The notes beneath the pieces are model-generated. The model did not search any database, was not told the DNA's origin, and worked only from the letters and a program-made list of their open reading frames with translations. From positions 1 to 38,112 of IMG/VR virus record IMGVR_UViG_3300011339_000492: a stretch of 38,112 bases of DNA; one strand, given 5' to 3'. A program made the translations under genes and the position numbers. Numbering within the stretch: position 1 is the stretch's first letter; every line of letters starts with the position of its first letter. The DNA comes from a virus. Lineage: Duplodnaviria; Caudoviricetes. Of the stretch, positions 9,041-17,804 are shown piece after piece.

Positions 9041-10447
9041 TCAGACGCTCAAGCCCTCGAGGCGGGCCTCAAGGCGCATCACGGAGATGTGCGCGCTGGA
9101 GTCGCCCCGGAACCGCTGAATGCGCCGGTCGCGCATGAATCCCTGCTGCCACCACACCAGGCGCCGCAGCGTGGCTCCGTTGCCGCCCACCGAGATGAAG
9201 CGGTCCTGGCTCCAGGAGCGCCCGTCCAGGCTGTAGGATGTGCTGATCTGCGGGTTCAGACCAACCGTCACGCGCCCGGTGAGCGACACCAGTTCGAGTT
9301 CGTGGAAGATTGCGCCGCGTGACTCGTTGTAGACGATGGGGCAGGAGAACTCCCAGCGCACCAGCGCGCCCCAGTGCTCTCCGTTGTCGTTCGTCAGATA
9401 GCCCACGCGGGCCTGCTGCGGGTCACCAGCAAGCCACTTGCCATAGGCCCACACGAAGTTCTGCGCCCGGTACTGCGAGAAGTCGGCAGTCGATGTCGTC
9501 AGGGTGAACCACACGCGCTGTTGCAGCGCCTCGCTAGCCGCGTGGTCATAGACCAGAGTGCGGTCCGGCAGATGCACGTACAGCAGTTTGTGCGAGCGGT
9601 CCAGACGCTGTTCGAGCTTCACGCCGGCCAGTTGCGCCTCGGTGTAGGTCTGCAACAGTTCGTCGATGTCCTGCGTGGCAACTGGCGTGGCGGTGGCATT
9701 GGACGCGATGTAGATGCTGGGGGCTTCGTTGCGCCCGCTGCCGAGGAATGCGATCTGCTCATCGAACACGCAACAGGCGTGGGTTCCAAGTGCGCCCTTC
9801 TGCACCTGGGCGCCGTCGATGCGCTGGAAGGGAAACCCGTCGCCGCCGATGTTGTCGAACACCTCGATGGTGTGGCGGTTCAGCGCATAGACCTCGTTGC
9901 GCAGCCTGATGAGGGCCACAACCGGATCAGGATCGGCCTCGCTGGAGCCGTACTTGAGCGGGTTGACCTGCGTCGGGTCGCTCAGTTCCGTGACCACCAG
10001 GAACTCGCCGTCCGTGGTCATGAAGTAACCGTCGATCCAGCACATATCGAGCACGGTGCCGATGTCAGGGTCAGTCACTTGCGTGAGCGTGCCGTTCCAG
10101 TAGAAGAGGTTGCCACCCGACGCGATGGCCAAGCGGTCAAAGCTGTAGTCCATCGTGACGTAGCCCGTGCCGCCGACATCGCCCAGCACCGTGATAGCGC
10201 CGTTGCTTGCCACCGTGACCAGCTTTGTGCCCATGACCCGGTAGCAGGTGCCATTCCACTCGATGCCGCCCCGGTCGATGCCCGGTGCCACGGCGTTGCC
10301 CAGCGCCGTGATGCCATCGTGCGGGCGCAGGTAGGAGTCGCTGACGCCAGAGCCTTTCGGCACGGGCTGCATGTTCACCGGGTACGCGGTGCGGATGTCC
10401 GGGCCGGTGTCGGTGTAGATGCCGCTGACGATGGGAATGGATGCCAT
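9041..10447 (-). CDS. Packaged-DNA stabilization / tail hub protein (P22 gp10-like)
   Basis: 468 aa; motifs DMCWIDGYF, SSEADPDPVV and SYSLDGRSWS; synteny. Confidence 0.88.
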   Translation of the reverse strand: MASIPIVSGIYTDTGPDIRTAYPVNMQPVPKGSGVSDSYLRPHDGITALGNAVAPGIDRGGIEWNGTCYRVMGTKLVTVASNGAITVLGDVGGTGYVTMDYSFDRLAIASGGNLFYWNGTLTQVTDPDIGTVLDMCWIDGYFMTTDGEFLVVTELSDPTQVNPLKYGSSEADPDPVVALIRLRNEVYALNRHTIEVFDNIGGDGFPFQRIDGAQVQKGALGTHACCVFDEQIAFLGSGRNEAPSIYIASNATATPVATQDIDELLQTYTEAQLAGVKLEQRLDRSHKLLYVHLPDRTLVYDHAASEALQQRVWFTLTTSTADFSQYRAQNFVWAYGKWLAGDPQQARVGYLTNDNGEHWGALVRWEFSCPIVYNESRGAIFHELELVSLTGRVTVGLNPQISTSYSLDGRSWSQDRFISVGGNGATLRRLVWWQQGFMRDRRIQRFRGDSSAHISVMRLEARLEGLSV

Positions 10448-10454
10448 GCGGGCC

Positions 10455-10706
10455 TCAGCAGTTCCACGCCTTCAGAGCCAGGGCCTTGCGAGTCGGCTTA
10501 CCCTTCTCGTCCTTCATCGGCCCAGGCATTCCGCCCATGCGAGCGCAGAACGACTTGCGCCGCGCCGCGTCCTTCTCGTTCTTGGGGTTCGGTGCCGGAG
10601 GCTTGAGGTTCATGCCCTGTGCCTTGGCAGACGCCCGCCCCTTGGCGTTCAAGCCGCCCTTGGGGTTCTGGCCCTCCTTGCGGGTCCATGCGGGCGACTT
10701 CGCCAT
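10455..10706 (-). CDS. Small basic conserved phage protein (recalled as DUF6321-like)
   Basis: AWTRKEGQNPKGGLNAKGRAS...RRKSFCARM...ALKAWNC, a widespread phage motif recalled from memory. Confidence 0.75.
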   Translation of the reverse strand: MAKSPAWTRKEGQNPKGGLNAKGRASAKAQGMNLKPPAPNPKNEKDAARRKSFCARMGGMPGPMKDEKGKPTRKALALKAWNC

Positions 10707-10707
10707 G

Positions 10708-11007
10708 TCAGATACCGTCCTCGCCCGTCATCACGTTCAGCGTGGTGCCCGATGCACTGATGTGCGACAGGATGGTGTCGTCCACGCCCTTGCGGATGAT
10801 GACCTCGCTGCCGGCGCGCACGGGCAGATCAGCAGTGGTGGCCGCACCTGCGGAGTTGCGCACTCGCACGTAGCAGACGTTCGCGCCAGTGTTCACCAGG
10901 CGCACGGCGGTGTCGTCCTTGGCGATGTTGATGCTGGCCGATGAGGCGGCAGGCGTCACCACCTGGTTACTGCCGTAGCGGGGGCGGAATTGATTGATGA
11001 TTGCCAT
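10708..11007 (-). CDS. Hypothetical virion-associated protein
   Basis: 99-aa beta-rich ORF tightly packed in the structural operon. Confidence 0.7.
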   Translation of the reverse strand: MAIINQFRPRYGSNQVVTPAASSASINIAKDDTAVRLVNTGANVCYVRVRNSAGAATTADLPVRAGSEVIIRKGVDDTILSHISASGTTLNVMTGEDGI

Positions 11008-11019
11008 GTCAGTCTCCGA

Positions 11020-11475
11020 TCAGGCGATGCGATACCAAGAGTTCGTGGGCTGGTAGAACCTCATGCGGAAAAAGTCCTCCGCCGCCAGCGTGGTGGGGTC
11101 ACCATAGGCAGCTACCGCGCCGTTGATCGCCAGCGTAAACGTGGTGATCTGCTGGGTGGTCATGATCAGAATCTCGGTGCCGTCAGGAGTGGCGGTGTTC
11201 AGGGGCAGCGTCACAGTGCCGGCGGCCAGCGTACCGGCGGGTTGCAGGATGATCCACTGCTGCTCGGCCACCGGAGTGGGCGCGGCGATGTTGAAGCCCG
11301 TGGAAGGCGTATAGAGGTTGGTTGCCACCGTGGGCGCGGCAAACTGCTCTTGGAAGTACGCCAGCAGGGCCTGCATCGGCAGGCGGCGCGCATCGCCGTT
11401 GCTGGTGTTGTAGACGGGCAGTTGGTCGCCCGAGGAAACCTGATCCAGCAGGGGGAGTTGATTGATGGTCGGCAT
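11020..11475 (-). CDS. Hypothetical virion protein
   Basis: N-terminus MPTINQLP..SSGDQLPV typical of fiber/decoration proteins; GGAGG SD. Confidence 0.7.
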   Translation of the reverse strand: MPTINQLPLLDQVSSGDQLPVYNTSNGDARRLPMQALLAYFQEQFAAPTVATNLYTPSTGFNIAAPTPVAEQQWIILQPAGTLAAGTVTLPLNTATPDGTEILIMTTQQITTFTLAINGAVAAYGDPTTLAAEDFFRMRFYQPTNSWYRIA

Positions 11476-11487
11476 GGGGCCTCCAGT

Positions 11488-11964
11488 TCAGAGTTCGAGC
11501 GGGCCTTCCTGGCCGGTCAGCACGGGGTCAGTCGGGCGGTACAGATACGGGTCATCGTAGCGCCACGGCTTGTTGCCTGCGCCTGCTGGCATGGTGCCCG
11601 GAAGCTGCTGTTCCTGCGGCATCGCGGCGCGGGCCAGCAGAGTGTCGTATGCCGCCTTGGCAGTTGCCATCGTGCCGGGAGTGACCTGCTTGCCGTAACC
11701 CGGAGCAATTCGCATGGCAAGGTTGCAGATGATCGCCTCGTTGGCCGAGTCGGGCACAGCGGTCTCGGAGTCCAGATCGGTGTTCTCAGGCGACAGCGGC
11801 AGCGGGTAGCCCAGGCGGATGCCCTTGGCATTCCAAGTCGCCATCATCGCGTCCATGCGTCGGCAGGCCGATTGCAGCATCTGCGGCGTGAGGTCGAACA
11901 CATAGGCGGCCATGCCCGCCTCCTCAAAGGCGGCCTCGACGAACTGACGCTTGGTGTAGGCCAT
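11488..11964 (-). CDS. Head-tail adaptor (P22 gp4-like)
   Basis: Motifs MDAMMATW, NLAMRIAPGYG and MPAGAGNK; located downstream of the coat gene. Confidence 0.85.
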   Translation of the reverse strand: MAYTKRQFVEAAFEEAGMAAYVFDLTPQMLQSACRRMDAMMATWNAKGIRLGYPLPLSPENTDLDSETAVPDSANEAIICNLAMRIAPGYGKQVTPGTMATAKAAYDTLLARAAMPQEQQLPGTMPAGAGNKPWRYDDPYLYRPTDPVLTGQEGPLEL

Positions 11965-11974
11965 CGCGGTGCCC

Positions 11975-12418
11975 TCAAGTCGGATTCATGGCGGCGTCGA
12001 TCTTCGCCAGCAGGGTTGCGTCGGACCAGCGCTTGTCGGCCTTGATGCCCAGCAGTTCGGCCTGCTGAAGCATCTCGGTGCGAGTGGGCGGCGCGTCGTC
12101 AGATGGCACGGGGTCAGCGGCAGCGGTGTCAGCGGCAGCGGGGTCAGGCGGCAGGCCGGCTTCGCGTGCGGCCTTGGCGGCGCGAGCCTGAGCCTTCTCG
12201 GCCTTGAATGCGCGGCGGCGCTGAGCGTCCTTCTTCTGCGCCCGCCAGTCAGCACGCTTGAGTCGCACGATGGCGGCCTCTCCAGCGGCTTTGAACGCCT
12301 CGTCCAGGCTCAGGTGCCACCCGGCATCGATGTGCGCCTGTAGCTCGTCCTGGCTCGCCGCAGAGGCCAGCTTGTAGGACTTGCCGCGCTGCTCGTAGTT
12401 GCCGGGGCTGCGGTAGAG
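11975..12418 (-). CDS. Head-region protein with C-terminal HeH/Rho-N-like domain; 5' end lacks a canonical start
   Basis: The frame is open to 12484. A protein-like LYRSPGNYEQRGKSYK...IDAGWHLSLDEA segment lies upstream of the first GTG (12268). C-terminus TRTEMLQQAELLGIKADKRWSDATLLAKI. Confidence 0.6.
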   Translation of the reverse strand, partial: LYRSPGNYEQRGKSYKLASAASQDELQAHIDAGWHLSLDEAFKAAGEAAIVRLKRADWRAQKKDAQRRRAFKAEKAQARAAKAAREAGLPPDPAAADTAAADPVPSDDAPPTRTEMLQQAELLGIKADKRWSDATLLAKIDAAMNPT

Positions 12419-12493
12419 GGGGACGGGGGATTGCCTGGCGGGATGGGTTATTGGGAAGTTAGGCAGTTTACGATCTGCGGCTAACTACTGGCG

Positions 12494-12667
12494 TTACTTC
12501 TTCGGCCTCGCTGCTGGCGCCTTGCTCGGCTTGCCTGCCTTCATGGCAGCAGTGCGCGCAGTGGACAGCGCAATTGCCACGGCTTGCTTCTGGGGCTTGC
12601 CGGACTTCACCTCTTTCGAGATGTTCCTGCTGATCGACTTCTGCGAGTAGCCTTTGGTCAGGGGCAT
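12494..12667 (-). CDS. Small basic protein (57 aa)
   Basis: Translated by hand: MPLTKGYSQKSISRNISKEVKSGKPQKQAVAIALSTARTAAMKAGKPSKAPAARPKK; AAGGA SD. Below the ORF-track cutoff. Confidence 0.8.
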   Translation of the reverse strand: MPLTKGYSQKSISRNISKEVKSGKPQKQAVAIALSTARTAAMKAGKPSKAPAARPKK

Positions 12668-12687
12668 GTCAGTGTCCTTCAGATACG

Positions 12688-12723
12688 AAAAAGCGGGCGG
12701 CAGCTTCTCACCACCGCCCGCTT
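12688..12723 (-). terminator. Intrinsic terminator after the coat gene
   Basis: Minus strand reads AAGCGGGCGG-TGGTGAGAAGCTG-CCGCCCGCTT-TTT. Confidence 0.8.
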
Positions 12724-12739
12724 ACCTCAGAGGCTCAGA

Positions 12740-14011
12740 TCACTGCCCGAACAGCAGGATACCGGCCATCTGCGGGTTCGTCATCACGACACCGAACAGC
12801 GTGTCCAAGCGGTACTTGGTCGTCATGGTGTCGATGTCGTAGAACTTCTGCATGACCAGTTCGATGCCCTGATCGGTGCTGGCGCGCATCACGGCCACGC
12901 CCGCATCACCCGGCACCGAGTAGCGACCCGGCAGCAGTTCGATGGCGTCCTTGTGCCAGAAACAGTTGACGCCGGCAGCGTTGTCGTTCACCCAGTTGAT
13001 CGACGCGGTGGCCGAAGCGGACGCCACGTTGATGTTCTTGTACTGGAGTTCGGCATCGGTCGGGGAACCCGTGGCGCCGATCAGCGGGGGACTGATGGTC
13101 ATCGTGGTGCCGGTGTCAACCGAGATCACGCGGAAGGTCTTGAGTTGCCCCGTAGACTGCTTCGTGATGTGGTTGACGGCCTCGATGCCCACGATGGTGA
13201 ACGCATCGCCAGCATTCACGCCGACCGTGGTGGACACGGTGACAGTCTGGTAACGGTTGTCCACGTTCAGCACGCCGGCCACAGCGTTGGTCGTGGCGCG
13301 GGGCACGAACTGAACCTGGGCGCCGTTGGTGGCGATGGTCACAGCCGTGGCCTGGGCCGTCAGACGGTTGCCGTAGTCGAGCTTGTACGTCTCGAAGCCG
13401 GCCACCATGCCAACGTAGCTGCGCTCGTACGCCTTGTCGGACTTGGCGTTGCCGAACGAGCGCGTGGCAGCGGCCAGATTGCCCGCCAGTCCGTTGTAGT
13501 CGCGGCTGTTCAGGGCCATGTACCGATTCTCCATCGGGATGCCCTGCTCGTTCATCATCGAGTCGGCCAGCGCGATGTCGTCGTAGTCGCCGGCAGCGCC
13601 AGCCACGCCGATTGCCAGGGTGCCTTGGTTCGCGGCGACGTTCATCACGGCCACGTTGATGTCAGAGGCCAGCTTCTGCCGCGCAGCTTGACCCAGACGG
13701 CCCTCTTGCAGCGCATCGCGCAGTTCCTTGGCGTTCAGCTTCCAGGCGGAAGTCTTGCTGAAGCCCAAGGTGGACGGCACGGACAACTGCGTCATGTCGT
13801 CGTAGTTCGATGCGATGGTGGAACCCACCGTCGAGGTGAACGACTGCGCGATGTAGGGCATCGGACGCCAGATGGTGTCGCGGCTGCGCTCCATCGTGAC
13901 GGGGTCCGTGTTGTAGATGGAGACGTTGCGGCTCAGAACCAGCGCGTCCTGAAAGCCAGCGAGGATGTCTTCGAACGCTACGCGCTCTTCTTTGGAAAAA
14001 CCGTTCGGCAT
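12740..14011 (-). CDS. Major capsid protein (P22 coat gp5 family)
   Basis: 423 aa; MPNGFSKEERVAFE, DTIWRPMPY, LASDINVAV and YRLDTLFGV motifs. Confidence 0.93.
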   Translation of the reverse strand: MPNGFSKEERVAFEDILAGFQDALVLSRNVSIYNTDPVTMERSRDTIWRPMPYIAQSFTSTVGSTIASNYDDMTQLSVPSTLGFSKTSAWKLNAKELRDALQEGRLGQAARQKLASDINVAVMNVAANQGTLAIGVAGAAGDYDDIALADSMMNEQGIPMENRYMALNSRDYNGLAGNLAAATRSFGNAKSDKAYERSYVGMVAGFETYKLDYGNRLTAQATAVTIATNGAQVQFVPRATTNAVAGVLNVDNRYQTVTVSTTVGVNAGDAFTIVGIEAVNHITKQSTGQLKTFRVISVDTGTTMTISPPLIGATGSPTDAELQYKNINVASASATASINWVNDNAAGVNCFWHKDAIELLPGRYSVPGDAGVAVMRASTDQGIELVMQKFYDIDTMTTKYRLDTLFGVVMTNPQMAGILLFGQ

Positions 14012-14139
14012 GATGAACTCCAGAATGGATGAGTGACTTGGTACGGCTTGCGCCGCGCTTTGCTACTCACCCCTTCAGAGCCGGGCGGCCGCTCATGTCT
14101 TGTGCGCTGCCCGTGAGGTGGGCGAAACCAGATGGGCCG

Positions 14140-14170
14140 AATGTACCACGAACACCCGGCCCCGTGTCAA
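14140..14170 (-). promoter_or_regulatory. Sigma70-like promoter for the coat gene
   Basis: TTGACA (14170-14165), 19-nt spacer, extended -10 TGG-TACATT (14145-14140). Confidence 0.55.
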
Positions 14171-14180
14171 CAGGTGCGGA

Positions 14181-15077
14181 TCAGTGCCGCGCCGATTGCT
14201 TCTCGCGCTGCTGCTGGCGGTAGCGGATCACCTTGGTCATGTCGCCCGTGCGCTCGGCCTCGGCGCGCAGGCGCTCCAGCGTGGAATCCGTGGTGCCGCT
14301 GATCGGCGCAGCGCCGTTGGGGACGGTGCGCTCAGGCGCGGGCGGCTTGGTGCGGGGAGTGATCTTCAACTGTGCCTCCAGTTTGGCAATCGAGAATGCG
14401 AACTTGACGGGATCGGCGATCGCCGCCAGTTCCTTTGCGCGCTTGGGGTTCTTGCCCAGCGCGTACACCACCAGCGCGGGGTTCTCCGCGCCTTGCAGAA
14501 TCACGCCCTGCTGCACGGTGGACAACGCCTCCTGTACGGTGGCCTCGGCGTCCTCATAGTCGCGCACCTTGAGCGCGGTCTTGGCCTTGCCGTAGTTGTC
14601 CAGCTTTGCCTGCCACGCCTGCTGCTGTTCCTCGACCTGTCGCTGCTGCTGGCGCTTGGCGGCCTCCACGGCATCGCGCTGCTTGTACCAAGACTCCAGC
14701 GCCGCCTCGTAGCGGTCGGTATCGTAGTCGTGATCTTCGAGCTTCGGCTTGGCGCCGAGCGTGGGGATCGCGGCCTGTGCCGGCGCGGTCTGCTCACGGG
14801 CTTCGTACTCACGCACCTTGCGCTGCAATTCGCGGTGCGACCGGCGTAGTTCGCGCACCCAGTCAGGGGCGCGCTCGGCCTCGGGCTCAGGCTCCGTCAG
14901 AACCTCATCGCCCAGCGTTACCTGCACCTCATCGGCTTCGGTTTCCTGAGCGACCTCGGCCTCAGGCGCTGCGGTGTCTTCGGCGTCTTGCGTCTCAGGC
15001 TCGGCGGCCTGGATGTCCTCAAGCGGCGGCGTCTCGCTGCTGCCATCGGGCTGGATCACTTCGATTTCAGGGGGCAT
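14181..15077 (-). CDS. Scaffolding protein
   Basis: Acidic N-terminus, coiled coils, KPKLEDHDYD; immediately before the coat gene; likely start MPPEIEV at 15077. Confidence 0.85.
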   Translation of the reverse strand: MPPEIEVIQPDGSSETPPLEDIQAAEPETQDAEDTAAPEAEVAQETEADEVQVTLGDEVLTEPEPEAERAPDWVRELRRSHRELQRKVREYEAREQTAPAQAAIPTLGAKPKLEDHDYDTDRYEAALESWYKQRDAVEAAKRQQQRQVEEQQQAWQAKLDNYGKAKTALKVRDYEDAEATVQEALSTVQQGVILQGAENPALVVYALGKNPKRAKELAAIADPVKFAFSIAKLEAQLKITPRTKPPAPERTVPNGAAPISGTTDSTLERLRAEAERTGDMTKVIRYRQQQREKQSARH

Positions 15078-15126
15078 GGTCTTCCTCATCTCACGCATTG
15101 GCGGCTGCGTGGGTGCCGGTGCCGGG

Positions 15127-15531
15127 TCAACCCCGGATATTCATGCGTCTCGCAAACTCTGCCATCAGCTCCTGCGAAATTGCCTGGATTGCATATGCTT
15201 CCTGCTCACGGCCTGGAGAAATTTCACCAATCACGTCGCAATACTCCTGCCAGACATGCACCGCTTCATGAATCAACAACCCCGCCACCTCAATGGGTGT
15301 GCGCTTTTCATACTCACGAATGCAAATGACGGTCATTGACTCGCCATTAACGCTTGCCATGTGATGCGCTGTTGCATCGGCGCCGTCGTTCACAAACAGC
15401 GGGCGTGCGCGCACCTTTGATTTGACAAGTACATCGTCAAACTCTTCCTGTGTCAGGCATAGCGTCAGGTACGGCCCTGGGCGGGCAATGCGGCGGTCAA
15501 GCCAGCGATAGGGTTGCTTCATGTTTGTCAT
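15127..15531 (-). CDS. Putative zinc metalloprotease-like protein (HExxH)
   Basis: LLIHEAVHVWQ followed by EQEAYAIQ; visibly more AT-rich than its neighbours. Confidence 0.65.
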   Translation of the reverse strand: MTNMKQPYRWLDRRIARPGPYLTLCLTQEEFDDVLVKSKVRARPLFVNDGADATAHHMASVNGESMTVICIREYEKRTPIEVAGLLIHEAVHVWQEYCDVIGEISPGREQEAYAIQAISQELMAEFARRMNIRG

Positions 15532-16007
15532 CAGTGCAGCGTCAGCCCGAACACCGCAAACACGGCCCGCGAGTCGAACTCGTCAGCGGCGGCCAGGGCG
15601 GCTAGAGTGTCTTCCTCGTCGCGCAGAATCTCGCGCAGTTCTGCCGCAGCGGCCTGGATGTCGGCATCGCGCTGCGCGGTCGTGATCCTGCTGCGCTGCG
15701 CGGCTTCCAGCTTGCCGAGTTCACGTTGCAGGCTCTCGACCTGGGCAATCTCGCCCGTGTAGTCGGCCAGCTTGCGGGCAATGCGCTGGGCCTGCGGCTG
15801 TTCGGAGTCCGCGAGCGTCTGCGCGATGCGGCGCAGTTCGGCCTGGTGTTCCGGGTCGAACCGGCGCAGCGACTCCTCGAAGATCGCACGCTCACGCGCC
15901 CAGCCTCGGCGGCGCTCCTTGGTGCCCTGCGCTGTGCCAGGGCCGCCACCCTGCGGCGCAGGCGGGGGCGGAGGTGCCCCCTGCGATTGCAGCAGGGTAA
16001 GGAACAT
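15531..16007 (-). CDS. Hypothetical coiled-coil protein
   Basis: 158 aa; Pro/Gly N-terminus then a charged helix; packed in the operon. Confidence 0.7.
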   Translation of the reverse strand: MFLTLLQSQGAPPPPPAPQGGGPGTAQGTKERRRGWARERAIFEESLRRFDPEHQAELRRIAQTLADSEQPQAQRIARKLADYTGEIAQVESLQRELGKLEAAQRSRITTAQRDADIQAAAAELREILRDEEDTLAALAAADEFDSRAVFAVFGLTLH

Positions 16008-16008
16008 T

Positions 16009-16173
16009 TCAGGTCAGCGTGCGGAGTTGATCGAGCGTGGTTTGCGTCTGCGCCACATCGGCGTCAATGCGCGTGACTTGCGCTAGGTCACCGACAGCAG
16101 CCGCTGACGCACGGGCCGCGTTCAGCGCGGCAAGCCGCGCCTCCATCAAGCGGATCAGGTCTTCGATGCTCAT
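16009..16173 (-). CDS. Small coiled-coil protein (54 aa)
   Basis: Translated by hand: MSIEDLIRLMEARLAALNAARASAAAVGDLAQVTRIDADVAQTQTTLDQLRTLT; ATGA-coupled to the upstream gene. Confidence 0.75.
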   Translation of the reverse strand: MSIEDLIRLMEARLAALNAARASAAAVGDLAQVTRIDADVAQTQTTLDQLRTLT

Positions 16174-17795
16174 ACCAAGACCACCATTTCCTGTGCGATG
16201 GTTGAGAGGTGCGATTGCAAGAACACCGTGTCATAGGTGTCCGTGCCGTCAATGGCGCAATACGCTGCCATGCGATTTCCGAGCGCCGCCGTGCCGGACT
16301 GCAAAAAGTCGGTCGGCGTAAACAGAGCCATCACGCGATTCTGTACGTCGAATCGGTAAACCTGCGAGATGGCGGATGCCACGTACAGGTTCAGGTAGAA
16401 CATGCGCCCCTCGTTGTCAAATGGCGCATAGCAGCCGCTGGAGCCGGTGGCCGGCAGGGCGCCCGGTGAGCCGTCATAGGTGATGGCGCCCGTCCAGGTG
16501 CCGGTGATGCTGGCCGCGATGTCCAGTACGTCCAGCGTGGCCGCGCCGCCCCGGAAGAAGTAGCACATGGAGTGCCGCGCATTGCGCCCCGAATCAGGCT
16601 GGATACCAAACGAGGGCATCCACATGCCGCCCGCAGCGTTGGCCGCAGGGGCTGCGCCGAAGTACGTGGTGCTCCAGGCATTGGCCGCGATGCTGTTGGT
16701 GCCGTTGTTGACCGTGGCGTCACCGTAGTTGTAGGTGTACACCGTGGTCGTTGCCGTGGAGCGCAGCAGAACCAAGTTCGGCAGTTCAATGACGTACTTG
16801 GCGCTGCTGCTGGGCGTGACAGTCCAGTTGCTGCCCAGGGTGTAGACCGGCGAGGGGCCTGCTGTATGGCTGGCGATGATGCGCCTCTGGCCGACCGCCG
16901 TGACGTTCACAGTATCCTCAACGATGCGGATCTGGAAGTTCCGGTACTCGTTGGCCGCAACCACCGCATCGCCCAGCGAAGCCTGCCCGGTGATCGTGCC
17001 TGCCGCCGCAGCGGTGGCCGCTAGGGCATAGCGCGACACAATGCCGGTGTCGTAGTTGTATGCCCCCTTGATCATCCCGTCGCCGGGAGAGTTGTTGTAG
17101 GGCACGTACTGCTCGTCGAGCACCATCAGGCTGGAGTCCGTGCCGATGGTGGCCGGCAGGTTGGTCTGCGTCATCGAGGCCAACGTGTTGGATGCCACCT
17201 CGAACGAGCGCCATGACGTTGCCGCCAGGGCACCGGCTGACAGCATCATTACGCGACCAGCCACGATCTCATACCGCGATCCGGTCACCGGCGTGAAGCC
17301 GAACGACGACAGCACATCGATGGTGGGCGTGGTGCCTGCGGAGTTGCCCGTGATGTACCGCTCGGCGGTCTTGCCCGACCCGCCCGCGCCGTTGTCGATG
17401 ATGCGCAGCTTGAAGCCGTACTCACCGGAGCCGCCACGGTTGGCGAGCATGTTCAGGCCGACCGCAGTGGGCAGCGCCGTGGACAGCACAACGCGGGTGG
17501 TAGTCGATCCTGCTGCAATGGTTCCAACCAGTCCGAGCGATGGGGCAAACGCCGATGCGGAACCTGCGCCGAATGTGCCGCCAAGACCGGGGTTCACCAC
17601 AAAGGACGAGCCCTTGGTCACGATGTTGTAGCGGTTCAGGATAGCCGCGCTGACCAGTTGATATACAAACGGGTTGCGTGAAATGTCGTTGCGCATGTCA
17701 CTGCAAACGCTGACCGCCGCAGCATGAGCGTTCGGCATAGGCGGGGTTTGCCGCCAAACCAGCGTGTCAATGACCTTTTTGAAGGTGTTTGCCAT
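16170..17795 (-). CDS. Putative virion accessory protein (propeller-like with two internally repeated beta domains)
   Basis: 541 aa, Gly/Thr/Ser rich; two related segments ending TPVTGSRYEI and TPSSSAKYVI. Confidence 0.7.
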   Translation of the reverse strand: MANTFKKVIDTLVWRQTPPMPNAHAAAVSVCSDMRNDISRNPFVYQLVSAAILNRYNIVTKGSSFVVNPGLGGTFGAGSASAFAPSLGLVGTIAAGSTTTRVVLSTALPTAVGLNMLANRGGSGEYGFKLRIIDNGAGGSGKTAERYITGNSAGTTPTIDVLSSFGFTPVTGSRYEIVAGRVMMLSAGALAATSWRSFEVASNTLASMTQTNLPATIGTDSSLMVLDEQYVPYNNSPGDGMIKGAYNYDTGIVSRYALAATAAAAGTITGQASLGDAVVAANEYRNFQIRIVEDTVNVTAVGQRRIIASHTAGPSPVYTLGSNWTVTPSSSAKYVIELPNLVLLRSTATTTVYTYNYGDATVNNGTNSIAANAWSTTYFGAAPAANAAGGMWMPSFGIQPDSGRNARHSMCYFFRGGAATLDVLDIAASITGTWTGAITYDGSPGALPATGSSGCYAPFDNEGRMFYLNLYVASAISQVYRFDVQNRVMALFTPTDFLQSGTAALGNRMAAYCAIDGTDTYDTVFLQSHLSTIAQEMVVLV

Positions 17796-17804
17796 GTCAG
17801 TTCC

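Noticed and set aside
12113-12157. 15-bp tandem repeat GTCAGCGGCAGCGG(T/G)
   Set aside because: It encodes a low-complexity DPAAADTAAADP linker; ordinary slippage.
12584-14032. 482-aa plus-strand ORF antisense to the coat gene (similar long antisense ORFs at 9374-10606, 19477-20937, 10990-12045 and 6166-7170)
   Set aside because: Shadow ORFs expected from high-GC codon bias opposite real genes; no motifs or RBS. This differs from the methylase overlap, which is same-strand and supplies a missing motif.
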